64,000 bases of DNA from Gemmatimonadales bacterium. GTDB taxonomy: Bacteria > Krumholzibacteriota > Krumholzibacteriia > LZORAL124-64-63. The position numbers and the translations under genes were made by a program. Positions 19,761 through 30,300 of the stretch are shown here, one piece after another; the stretch's first letter is position 1; the number at the start of each line of letters is the position of its first letter. The stretch spans positions 4,546 through 68,545 of the forward strand of contig JAHOYV010000005.1 in the NCBI GenBank assembly GCA_019038745.1, written 5' to 3'. Under the pieces are notes generated by a model. That model saw nothing but the letters and a program-made list of their open reading frames with translations, made no database searches and was not told the origin of the DNA.

Positions 19761-20423
19761 TTAGCGGTAGAGCGATTTGAGGCTACCCCAAGAACAGTTT
19801 TCTACTGCTACTACATGGTCAAGAGGTGGCTGATCAGTAACAGCATAGCCGTCGAACTCAACAATGTACGCACGAGTGTGCTGAGGGTCTGTCTCTGGTC
19901 GGTCCCAGTACTCAAACCGCAAATTGTTCCAGCCCATACGGCCTTCATCGTACTGATGGAACATAGAAAGTGCGAACTCCGCCATGAGGATTCCGTCGGC
20001 GGTGGATGGTTCTTCGGGCGCCCAATCTTCAAACGCCCAATTTTCTCCAGTAATCCAGCGCCAAGAACCTATTGGATAATTATTGTAAAAAGGTTCCTCC
20101 CCAACGAAACCGTCATTCCAGCCTCCTAAGTATATAACCGCATTAGTGATACCAGATTGTCCAAGAAGGGTATTCACAATCCATGAATTCTCCGTAGCAC
20201 TGGTGATAGTCGCCAAGTGTCCACCTTGACCTTCATGGCTGAGTCCCTGGGTGGACAAGAAGGCGTGCTTCCAACTCAAGGTGTCTGAGCTACAAATTAT
20301 TGTTTCATAGTAGTGCCCATTTCCTCCTTCGCTGACGGGCCATTCAATTGGTTCAGCAAATGCAGGACAAGAAGCGAACACCACGAAAAATATTAGAAGC
20401 ATGGATCTCATGCCAGCCTCCAC
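19761..20423 (-). CDS. secreted C-type lectin-like domain protein
   Basis: 220 aa with signal peptide MRSMLLIFFVVFASCPAFA. CTLD pattern: GHYYE, LSWKHAFLSTQGLSHEGQGGHLATITSATENSWI, YLGGWND and WRWITGENWAFEDWAPEEP. These correspond to the WIGL and EPN-region positions, but the canonical cysteines are largely absent. Confidence 0.5.
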   Translation of the reverse strand: MEAGMRSMLLIFFVVFASCPAFAEPIEWPVSEGGNGHYYETIICSSDTLSWKHAFLSTQGLSHEGQGGHLATITSATENSWIVNTLLGQSGITNAVIYLGGWNDGFVGEEPFYNNYPIGSWRWITGENWAFEDWAPEEPSTADGILMAEFALSMFHQYDEGRMGWNNLRFEYWDRPETDPQHTRAYIVEFDGYAVTDQPPLDHVVAVENCSWGSLKSLYR

Positions 20424-20523
20424 GTTAAGTATTGGGCGAGTAATATCAACCTATCGTACCACGCGTGGAGACCGAATTTCAATGTACACTTGGGGATGGT
20501 CGGGGGAGATGTCCACATGAAAG

Positions 20524-20555
20524 AATAACGGCGGCCCAATCGGACCGCCGCTTGG
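20524..20555 (-). terminator. rho-independent terminator (minus strand) downstream of the PKD lipoprotein gene
   Basis: The minus strand reads GCCAAGCGGCGGTCCGATTGGGCCGCCGTTATT. It shares its core (CGGCGGCC-N6-GGACCGCCGCTTG) with the hairpin at 19715-19744. Confidence 0.45.
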
Positions 20556-20733
20556 CTGGGCGAGGTGTGGAACCGGAACGGGGCAAAAAGCCGCCCTTTT
20601 GTTTACTCTGCTGTTTACCCAGAAGGTCAGCGAAAATGACAGTAGGTTTTGAGAAACGGCCTAAACGCCTTTGATTAAAAGCGCAACAAATCCACCGCAC
20701 CTGTCCGTTTGTTTCAAAAAAACTGACGGCGAA

Positions 20734-21414
20734 TCAGGGATCCGAAACTATGATCTGTAAGGAGGAGTGCCGCACAACAGCCAACTTCGGCATGAAGATG
20801 TCAACCGTGACCTCGTATTCGCCGGCAACATCAAAGGCGAAAATCGGATCTCGGGAATAGAATTCCTGTTCGTCTGCGTCATTCATATGCCAAACAAAGT
20901 TCAGATTACGGTAGTGCTCATCATTGTCCCGGTCTATTTCACAGGATTCTGCAAAGACGTTGAAGAAAATATCTTCTCCTGTAGGCACCAATCCATCTTC
21001 GCCTTCGTTGATCATTTCCCCATGAAAATTGGAAGTGGCCCAGACCGAGAGTGTATCGGCCCTGACAGTGACCGGCATGGAGATTTCCGTGGTCTTCCCG
21101 TCAGGATCCGTTGCAGTGACGGTGACATTGAAAATACCCGGTTCATCAAACACATGATACGCGATGGAAGTGGACCCGGTGGACCCGTCGTCGAAATCCC
21201 AGGTCATTTCCAGGTTGTTGGTGCTTCCGGTTGGGTCCCCGGTTTCGTTGCCTCCGGAAACGGTTGCATAACCCTCGATCTCCAAGGGGACCACTCCACA
21301 CTGGGGAGCGATGATCAACCGGGTGAACAAGGGCTCGGTTTCGTCATTGCAGCCGGCTGAAATTAAAACAAACAACAGGCAAATCGGCAGGCCGATTTTG
21401 ACAGCATATTTCAT
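20734..21414 (-). CDS. PKD-domain lipoprotein
   Basis: The likely start is MKYAVKIGLPICLLFVLISAGC, a lipobox. WDFDDGSTGSTSIAYHVFDEPGIFNVTVTATDPDGKT is a canonical PKD domain. The ORF track extends to 21495. Confidence 0.6.
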   Translation of the reverse strand: MKYAVKIGLPICLLFVLISAGCNDETEPLFTRLIIAPQCGVVPLEIEGYATVSGGNETGDPTGSTNNLEMTWDFDDGSTGSTSIAYHVFDEPGIFNVTVTATDPDGKTTEISMPVTVRADTLSVWATSNFHGEMINEGEDGLVPTGEDIFFNVFAESCEIDRDNDEHYRNLNFVWHMNDADEQEFYSRDPIFAFDVAGEYEVTVDIFMPKLAVVRHSSLQIIVSDP

Positions 21415-21577
21415 TAGAAGCATATCTCCCTTTGGGGACATAAGTACAATCGAAACGGACCCCAGGTCCGAATTTTTCCTGCCTAGCCGAATCAATATAT
21501 GAAGCTAGGACAGGGGGGGCAAGCTGTCTAGGTAAAATGTACAATCAACACAACCCCTACTCCCGGTGGAAAAAGGG

Positions 21578-22651
21578 TCAGCGTCGGGCGTGGAAAAACA
21601 TTGCCAAAAATATCATAGTGTAGAGGAGGTTCCCGGACCAGGCTGCTAGAATGGGGTGCAAGGTCCCGTTGTGCCCCAGAGAGCGGCCCACTTCCATGAA
21701 AATGAAGTACCCGAAACTGATTAATAATGTCAAGCCGAACCCTGAAGCTATTGTTGTTTTGCGGGGGGCCGAAGCCAGAATTATTCCAAGCATGACCACG
21801 ATGATATTTACAAAGGGAAAGGCCATTTTGAACTGGAAGTCCACCAGGGATCTGGTGGGGTCGCCACCACTTAGTTGGAGCAGACGAATATGGTTTTTTA
21901 ACTGCCTAAAGTTCATGTCTTCAGGACGGACCCTGTCCTTGAAGAAACTTTTGGGGTCAACGGTCAGATCTCTGGCCTTCAGACGGTCGAAATAGGTAAT
22001 TACTTCCTGACCCTGAACAAAGGTGCGTCGGCTTCCCTCGAAAAGGGTCCATGCGTTTCCATCCCACTCTGCTCGTGCGGCGTCGATACGATCCACCACG
22101 GAAGCGTTTTCTGATGTGACGATCTTCAAATCGGTAAGGAGCCCCGAATTCGGATCGAATTTCCGAGCATAATACATGCGCCCGAGGTCGTCTGTCAGGG
22201 TTACCCGCTCGGTGGGGTTGATCCGATCCGGTTGCTTGTGGATCTCTACTTCCCAGACGCGGTGAGCTCCCGCATTGCTTACCGGTAAGACGTACTCCCG
22301 CCAGGCCAAGGAAAAAATCATCATCAGAAAAGCAACGGCGATCAAAGGGCTGCTGATGCGCAGAAGTGACCACCCGGAAGCGAAAAGAGCAGTCAATTCC
22401 AGGTAACGCGCCATGGTCCCGATTGTGAACAAGGTCGCCATGAGCAAGGAAACGGGCTGGGCTATGTCCACTATCCAGCCCATCTTATACAGGTAGAAGC
22501 GTCCAATCATTAATAAGCTTGCGTTGTTGTCCATGAAGTTGTCGGTGTGGTCCATCAGGTCGACAAAAGTGAACAACACCAGGGCGCTGGCCATGGTGTG
22601 GGCGAAGTTGCGCAGGAAGGTGATCAATAGATGGCGGTGGATAATTGACAT
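21578..22651 (-). CDS. lptG: LPS export ABC transporter permease (LptF/LptG, YjgP/YjgQ family)
   Basis: The likely start is MSIIHRHLLITFLRNF (the track ORF extends to 22789). It has six predicted TM segments with a large periplasmic loop. Its start overlaps the stop of the upstream paralog by 1 nt (TGATG). Confidence 0.7.
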   Translation of the reverse strand: MSIIHRHLLITFLRNFAHTMASALVLFTFVDLMDHTDNFMDNNASLLMIGRFYLYKMGWIVDIAQPVSLLMATLFTIGTMARYLELTALFASGWSLLRISSPLIAVAFLMMIFSLAWREYVLPVSNAGAHRVWEVEIHKQPDRINPTERVTLTDDLGRMYYARKFDPNSGLLTDLKIVTSENASVVDRIDAARAEWDGNAWTLFEGSRRTFVQGQEVITYFDRLKARDLTVDPKSFFKDRVRPEDMNFRQLKNHIRLLQLSGGDPTRSLVDFQFKMAFPFVNIIVVMLGIILASAPRKTTIASGFGLTLLISFGYFIFMEVGRSLGHNGTLHPILAAWSGNLLYTMIFLAMFFHARR

Positions 22652-24066
22652 CAGGTCGCTTTCACGGTATCTGCCTGGACAACGGTCTTGGTCCTGAATC
22701 TGCTGATTAAATCCCAGGATGGTCCTTCCCGGAGCGCGTGCAGGAAGAATGGGATGCCCAGCCCCAGTAAGAGCATATTGGCCATCCACATGGCCAGGAA
22801 AGGATCAAGGTAGCCCCGGTCAGCCATCATTTCGCCCCAAATAAGGAGTTGATAGTAGAGCAGGTAGACTACGATGGCCAAGGTGACGCTGGTTGCTTTG
22901 CCGCTACGGGAAGTTGTCACCGCCATGGGCACTCCAAGCAGAGCGAAGACAACGCAGGCGAAGGGGATTGCGAATTTCTTGTGGAACTCGACCAGGTAGC
23001 GATTGGCGCGAATGTTGTTCTGCCCCGCAATTTTATCCTGGTACCCTGCCTGATTCATAACACGTTCGGCCTTGAGTACCGTCGCCCGGAATTTTGCCTC
23101 CAGAAATGACTTCCGTTTGGGGCCTTTGGCGGGGGCGGCCCTGTTTCCCAGAATTTCGCTCCTGTGCTTCGGGTCCAGTAGGTTGAATTGCCAATCGGCA
23201 AAGGTGTTGGCCAGGCCCAATACCCGGTCCCGGACATCCGATTGCTTCTGTTTTTCCTTGTTGGCCGCAGCCCAGAGGTCCGTAAGATTCATTTCCCTGT
23301 CACTGCGGGATTTGCGTCCGGAGTTTTTAAAATCCCGTTCCATGTTGGGAATAATAATGTTGTTTCGGCCGAACTGGGTGAGTTGGTACTTGTCAGGATC
23401 CTCTCGGTCGGGCCGCTGATGGGTTTCCCCATCATGCAATTCTATGATCAGGGAATCATTGGCATGGTCGGTGTGGATAATGCCCCACGTAGCGATAGTG
23501 ATGCGTGGAGAGAGGTCCTCTGGATTTTTTCTTTCAAAGATGGTTACGTCTTCGATACGTCCGGTCAGGTCATTCTTTTTTTTGACGAAGATCGTCATCT
23601 TGTCGTTCATCTCTGTAAATTGGTGTTCCCTGATCTCCAGCATAGGTTTTTTCCGGTTGATATCGTAAATGAGATTGGCAAGGGTGTGATTGGATTCAGG
23701 GTAGACAAAGTGATTGTAAGCCGTTAAGCCCACTCCGACGAGGTTCGCCCAGACCAGCAGTGGCGCAAGGACTCTCCAGAGGCTGATGCCATTTGCTTTC
23801 AGTGCCGTAATCTCTTGATCCATTGCAAGTTGCGCAACGCCCATCAAGATTCCTATCAGAACGGCCATTGGTACGGATAATGCAACCAGGTGTCCCATGC
23901 TGATCACCAGGAACTTGGTAACTAACAGAAACGGAACGCCTTTGCTGACAAAGAGATCGACGTACTTGTGGAGGAAGTCTATCATTAAAAGGAACGTGAT
24001 TACGAACAGTCCGAAGGAGAACGGTCCGGTTACCGAAAGAAGTAAGTGCCTGTAAATCAGTAACAT
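22651..24066 (-). CDS. lptF: LPS export ABC transporter permease (LptF/LptG, YjgP/YjgQ family)
   Basis: 471 aa beginning MLLIYRHLLLSVTGPFSFGLFVITFLLMIDF, which is the YjgP/YjgQ N-terminus. It carries a long periplasmic domain and is paired with a paralogous permease. Confidence 0.75.
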   Translation of the reverse strand: MLLIYRHLLLSVTGPFSFGLFVITFLLMIDFLHKYVDLFVSKGVPFLLVTKFLVISMGHLVALSVPMAVLIGILMGVAQLAMDQEITALKANGISLWRVLAPLLVWANLVGVGLTAYNHFVYPESNHTLANLIYDINRKKPMLEIREHQFTEMNDKMTIFVKKKNDLTGRIEDVTIFERKNPEDLSPRITIATWGIIHTDHANDSLIIELHDGETHQRPDREDPDKYQLTQFGRNNIIIPNMERDFKNSGRKSRSDREMNLTDLWAAANKEKQKQSDVRDRVLGLANTFADWQFNLLDPKHRSEILGNRAAPAKGPKRKSFLEAKFRATVLKAERVMNQAGYQDKIAGQNNIRANRYLVEFHKKFAIPFACVVFALLGVPMAVTTSRSGKATSVTLAIVVYLLYYQLLIWGEMMADRGYLDPFLAMWMANMLLLGLGIPFFLHALREGPSWDLISRFRTKTVVQADTVKAT

Positions 24067-24324
24067 AAAGAATTATCTCCGCGCCCGGTGACTGAATTAC
24101 AGCCGGGTCTTCCGGAATGCTGAAACCGCCGGATCCCATCAGGGCGGTCAGGTGGTGGTTCGGTCGCCAGGGAGTTTTCGTCATTTTTTAGACCCGCCTG
24201 AAAGGGAATCTCTCTTCCAGCAGGGCTCGGGACTGGCCAGTACAGGAGCCAATTTGACCATTTTCGGGGACAAGCCCAATAAACACCAGACAAAACTGGT
24301 GCGGGTAACGCGTGAAGACAAGGA

Positions 24325-27300
24325 ATGTTGGTGATGAGGCAGGGAATACCTGTAAATCGAGATCTCAAACGCGGGTCTACCCCGAATGCCGGACGTCTAT
24401 GGCTAGCCACGACGTTGCTCCATCTGTTTTCCTTACTGGCCATACTTCTTTTCCAATTTATGATTCCAGTTTCAGTCCTAGCCGATCCCGCCTATGAGGG
24501 CCTCCTGCTTTACGGCCTGGACCCGGTCCTCAAGTCCACCGAAGACCCCCGGCTGCTGGGGGTGGAGCGAATGCTCATGCGGGAGCGCCTGGCCCGGCTG
24601 GGCATAGATCCGGTTCGAGACCGGGGTCTGCGGCCGGGGATGTATTCGGTTTTCCTGAAGTCTTGGCGGTCAAAATCAAGAGTTGATCTCGTCCGACAGG
24701 AACAGGTCATCGAATATAACGGCGTGCTGGGATTGATGACCGTCATCGAATACCCCACATACTTCTTTCTGTTCCCAACCCGCCAGGTTCTGGCAGGGGG
24801 CTTCGTTTATTACCCACCTCGTCCCATCGACGACCCGGTGGTCAATCTGTTCATTGACGAGTTGGACGGGGGTCAGGTCCGCAGTCAGGCGGTGAAGCGT
24901 CGGCTGACCTGGGATAAATCCTTGAATCTTTTGGGCAGTGGGGCAGCGGGGAGTGGGGACAAGAGCATTAATCTAACCATCCCCATCAAACTGCCCCGGA
25001 CCTTGGAGAAAATCATCGGGCGAGGCGAAAAGACACGCATCAAGATCTCAGGCCGCGAGCACATCTCCATCGGTGGTGAGAGCACGGTGGTTGATCCATT
25101 TATTCCAAACGAACGGATCTCAAAACCTTCCTATTTCCCCAGCCTGGACATGAAACAGGAACTGAATGTGAATTTGTCGGGAACTATCGGGGAAAAAATC
25201 ATCCTCGAAGTGGATCACAACAGCGAGGCTTTTGGAGCCGATGGAACCCAGATCAAGCTGATGTACAGGGGTTTGGAAGATGAGGTAATCAATACTATTG
25301 AGGCAGGGGATGTGGGTTTGACGCTGCCCAACAGCAATCTGCTGGGCTACAACTCCAGCGAGTCGGGTTTGTTCGGAGTGAAGGTCACCGGACAGGTCGG
25401 TCGGGCAGATTTTACGGTTGTGGCCAGCAAGCAGAAAGCCGAAGCCTCCTCGAAGACCTTCAACAGCAGCGGCGGATCCATGGAGGACATTGAAATTCCT
25501 TCCTACAGGTATCTGAATAACCGCTTTTTCTTTCTGGATCTGCCGGGACTGGATTCCCCTGGCCGGGGGGGTGGTTCAGGTTACGAAAATTATTCCATAG
25601 ATCCTACCAGTATCCGGGTTTACAAGCAGATGGGCGCCGGCACATATGGAGTCAATGACATCAGAAACGTGGCGGTTTACCTGGATGATACCGGGCTATT
25701 TGACCCCTTGGATTTCGATGACCCGTATTTCTACAGCAAGCGCTGGCGGCTGGTGCCGGTCGAGACAATGCTGGATCAGTTGGGAAACCTGGTGGCCATC
25801 GACCTGCGCCAACAAATGGAGCGGGAGTCAATGTTGGCAGTCGTGTACCAACTCACCGATGGGGCAGGCGGCCTGGTCAAGGTAGGGGATATCCCTGGAT
25901 TGGACGAGGCCAATCGACATGAAATCGAAGGGGAATCCTATTATCGAATGAAGCTTCTGAAGGCCTCTGATGCGGACAAGGAGTCGTACACTTTTCGATA
26001 TGTTTTGCGCAACATCTATTCCTTGGGCGGAGCCAGGATCGACCCGGCGAGCTTCGAACTCAAAATAGAGCGGGTGGATGCCGGAGCCGCACATCCGGAT
26101 CAGGATGAAAACGGCATCCCCTATATTCAAATATTCGGTCTGGACAAGAACGACGGGGCAAAGGGTCCCCCGGATGGTTTGGCCGACAAAACCGATACCT
26201 ACATCTTCGATCTTCAGAAGGGGCTTCTCAAGTTCCCTCTTAACTTCCCCGAACCTTTCAACGCCTCCAGGACCCAGTACGAGGGATACGCCAACGACGA
26301 ACGGTTCGTCTGGGATAATTCCTTTCTGAAGAAGCATCCCGCACCGGGACTTTACGACCCGGAAGTGAATCAGACACATTATGATGAATATGGTTATTTC
26401 AAGCTCATTGCCTCGCACGCCTCGGTTGCCAGCAGTTTCAGTCTGGGAGCCTCGAACATTGAGGAGGGGTCGGAGGTCGTCACCCTGGATGGCCGTACGC
26501 TGGTCAGGGATACGGATTATGAGATCGACTACACCTTCGGCCAGATTACGCTGAAGGGCGACAACGCCATCCTTACCCCCAGCAGTCAAATCGCTGTCAA
26601 TTTTTCCTATGCGCCCTTTATGGGGGGCGGCAAGTCCAGCTTGATGGGATTCAACCTGGGTTACGACATTGGTCAAGGGAGCAAATTGTCTACAACCTGG
26701 CTCTACCAATCTGAGGCCATCGTGGGAGAAAAGGCCAAGTTGGGCGAAGAACCCAGTAGAACCCTGGTGGGCAATGTTAATTTCATGCATACCTTCAAAC
26801 CATATGTCCTTACCCATGTGGCAAACTTCATCAGCCGCCGTGACAGCGAGAAGGAAAGCACGGTCCAACTCTCGGGGGAATTGGCGGCCAGTCTGCCCAA
26901 TTCGAACACGATGGACAGGGCGTACCTTGAGGACTTCGAGGGCGTGGATGCTTCCGACATCATTTCCCTGACCCGCGGTTCCTGGTTCTGGGCCAGTGCC
27001 CCGGAGGCCTACGCAGACACCTTGGACTTGTCCACGAAGTTCGAGCCGGTGGACCGGGTTCCCACGGTGCGCTGGTTCCTTCCCCGGGAGCGAGTGCTGC
27101 GCCGGTACCTGAATCCGGATCTGGAGGGGCAGGAACGGGATGAAACCCAGTCTTCCATGGATATCTACCTGCAGGCCGATTCAGACGGCGAATGGGGCCA
27201 ACAGAACTGGGGCGGCATCATGCGGGGAATCAGTCGGATGGGGCTTGATCTTTCCCGAAGCCAGTTCCTGGAATTCTGGGTCAATGATTCGGTTGTGGAC

Positions 27301-30300
27301 AGTACCCAGCGGTCAGGTCGGTTGCATATCGATTTCGGGTACATCAGTGAGGATGGGTTTTGGCCCATTCTTCCGGATGGGGAGCTGGAGACCGGCACCT
27401 ACCAGCGTGAAGACGGCATGATTAAAATCGAGGATAGAGAGGGAGGGGCATTTATCCAGGAGGAGGACGGGGTCTTTATTCATGAGGAGGACATCGGGTT
27501 GGGCGGGGATGAATGGGACTCCCAGCGGTATAGTGCTGCTTTCGATTATGATGGGGAAGTTGATTACTCCGGTCCCAATTCACCTTTTCCCGGTATCAAC
27601 GGGACAGCCAGAAATCAACAGGAAGATACCGAAGACTTGAACGGAAATTTGGTTCTGGACACGGAGAACACTTATTTCAGCACCGTGATCGACCTGAGGC
27701 ACACCGAAGCGTTTGTCGATGTGCTGAGAGATTACCCAAGCAGCCAGGTTGCCGACCTGATTGATGAAGGTCACGCCTGGCGAAAATATCGAATTCCCTT
27801 GACCAGTGACGAGGTGAAAATAGTCTCCGGCGACGGACTGTCCGAACCCAACATTGAAGCTGTTACCCACGTTCGGATCTGGTTTGAAGACTCCGCCGGC
27901 AAACGGAATACTGTGAATTTGCAGCTATCGGAATTGCGTTTTTTGGGAAGTCGCTGGCAAAGGGAGGGGATTCGTCTTGCCAGTGACGAGAGCCTGCTTC
28001 TTCCAGGAGACATTGAACTGCTTCCCCATGAGGAGTTTTTCCTGGGTGAGGCCAACAACAAGGAAAATCCGGACTACCGCCTGGACCCGCCACCATTCGA
28101 AATCCCTGTCCTGAACGGGATCGAAGAAAAAGAACAATCCATCCTGCTGGATTTCCAGGAACTGAAGGTCGGTCACATGGTACGGGCGGGAAAGCAGGTT
28201 TCGCCCCGGGGTGACGATTATACTCGGTACCGTGATATGTCCTGGTATTGGTATAATCCCCTTGAGGCCAACAAGGATCTGGGGCTTTTCTTCCGGGTCG
28301 GTTCTGATTCCTTGAACTATTACGAGGTGAGTTACAAGTTCGCCGATGATAATGCGCACACCGGGTGGAAGAGTGTAAAAATAGATTTGGCCAAACTGGC
28401 CGATGTGAAAAATCGTTTCCCGGACCCGGCTACGGGGTACATCCACTCCACCATTCCGGATATTTTTACAGGACAGGACTACAATGTACGGGTAGTGGGT
28501 GTGCCGGATCTCAGGGTAGTGAAGCGATACTTCTTCGGAGTGGTCAACAACGGCCCATCGGAACTGGCTGCCAGCGGCTACATCTATTTCAACGACGTCA
28601 AATTGGAGGGCGTGAAAAGGGACATGGGAATGGCCAGGCAGGCTGCAATCCGCTTGGGCATGGCGGATGTGCTAACCGTTGATTTAAGATGGAATGACAG
28701 GGATGCTGAATTCCACGGTCTTGATGCGTTGCAGGGGAGTGGAATCAACCACGATTCCTGGAACTTCTCCACAAATTTCAAAGTGGAGGATTTTATCCCC
28801 ATACTGGGCTTCAAGCTCCCCGTCCAGATCAACAAGGGGGTAGATACCCGAAAACCCAAATACCAGATCAACAGCGACGTTGAGATATTCGAGGATTCGG
28901 TTCGTGATTCCCTGACCACTCGTGATATTCAGGAGAGTTTTTCAACCAGGCTTCACCATACTCCATCCAAGGCGGCCTTGTTGAGGTACATGGTAGATCC
29001 GTGGCAGTTGACGATTTCCGGGAGTCGTTCGCAGAAGACCAGCCCCTTGGAACGAAGTAAACAGAATAATCTGCAGGGCTCCCTGAAATACAACCTTCGG
29101 ATTCCCGGGAAACGAAAGCTGGGTGATTTCCCTCTGCTTGGAAGTATTCCGGTCGTGCGGGGCGTGGCTCTTTTCCCGGAAAAAGTGGAAGTGGCCGGGA
29201 GCTTCACAAGTACGAACAATTCCTCGGTGGCCATCGATATCGACGGTACGGAGATCCCCAGGGCTCCGAACAAGCGACGACCCGGTGCGCTGAAGGGGTC
29301 AATGGACTACAAACCCAATCCAATGCTGGCGGTGAGTTTTTCTGGAGATTCGGATCGGGATCTTATGCATGACAACCTGCTGTACGGGTTGAACATCGGC
29401 CGAGAGAACAGTCGCAAATATTCAACCAGGTCGACCATCACCATGCCCAAGCCTAAAGACATCTCACAGGCCCGAATCATGTATCCGGTCCGGCAGGCGG
29501 TGCGGGGTTTAAATTCCTTGCGGCCCAGTCTTCAGTTCACGGGAAGTTTTTCCGATGTTTCGCTTCCTCCGGACTTGCTGCTTGAGGGGGAAGATCCGGA
29601 AACTCACAGTATGAGCAACGATGGGAGCTGGGATCTACGTCTCACATTTCCCTTCGGAGACATGGTCAAATCGATCTTGCCGGAAAAGAAATACTCGGAT
29701 AAGGAACGCAGCAAATTGCTTGAAGAGCAGCGGCGCCATGAAGCCCGGGATACGCACCGTCGCGGGCCCGGGGCTCAAACGGACTTGGGTGCTTCCAGCC
29801 CGGGGTCTGGGGGGAAAGGTGGGGAAGAAGAAGAACTGACTCCGGAAGAGCAACTCCGGCGGGAGGAGGAGCGCCTGTTGCAGGAGGCCGAGGATCGGAA
29901 ATTTGAGGAGCAGGATCGCCGTGGAACTCCATTAGAGGAAGGCGTGGAAGAGGATGAGGGCGGGGGACCACGGATCAGTTTGCCCAATCCGTTGACCCTG
30001 TTTTTGAATACTTTACGCAGCACCAAGCCCATCAAGTTGACTTTGACGAGCCGGAAGTCCAGTTCCTATGGTCGAACGCCGGGTCAGGCCACTTTCTGGT
30101 ACCAAGCGGGTTTGGATCCGTCACTGGACATTCCCGAATCTGATGTGAATGTCTTTGTTTTCCAGGACCGCAAAAACCTGAGTATGTCCACTTCAACCAA
30201 GGTTGTCCGGAGCCTTTCCCTTGACTTGAAATATGCCACCGATAGGGCCACAAACGAAAAGCTGGGGACTTTTTCCAGGGACTACAAACAGGAATGGCCG

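Noticed and set aside
25828-26868. 346-aa minus-strand ORF inside the giant OMP gene
   Set aside because: Embedded antisense in an uninterrupted 6.6-kb ORF. There are no recognisable domains and no independent signals.
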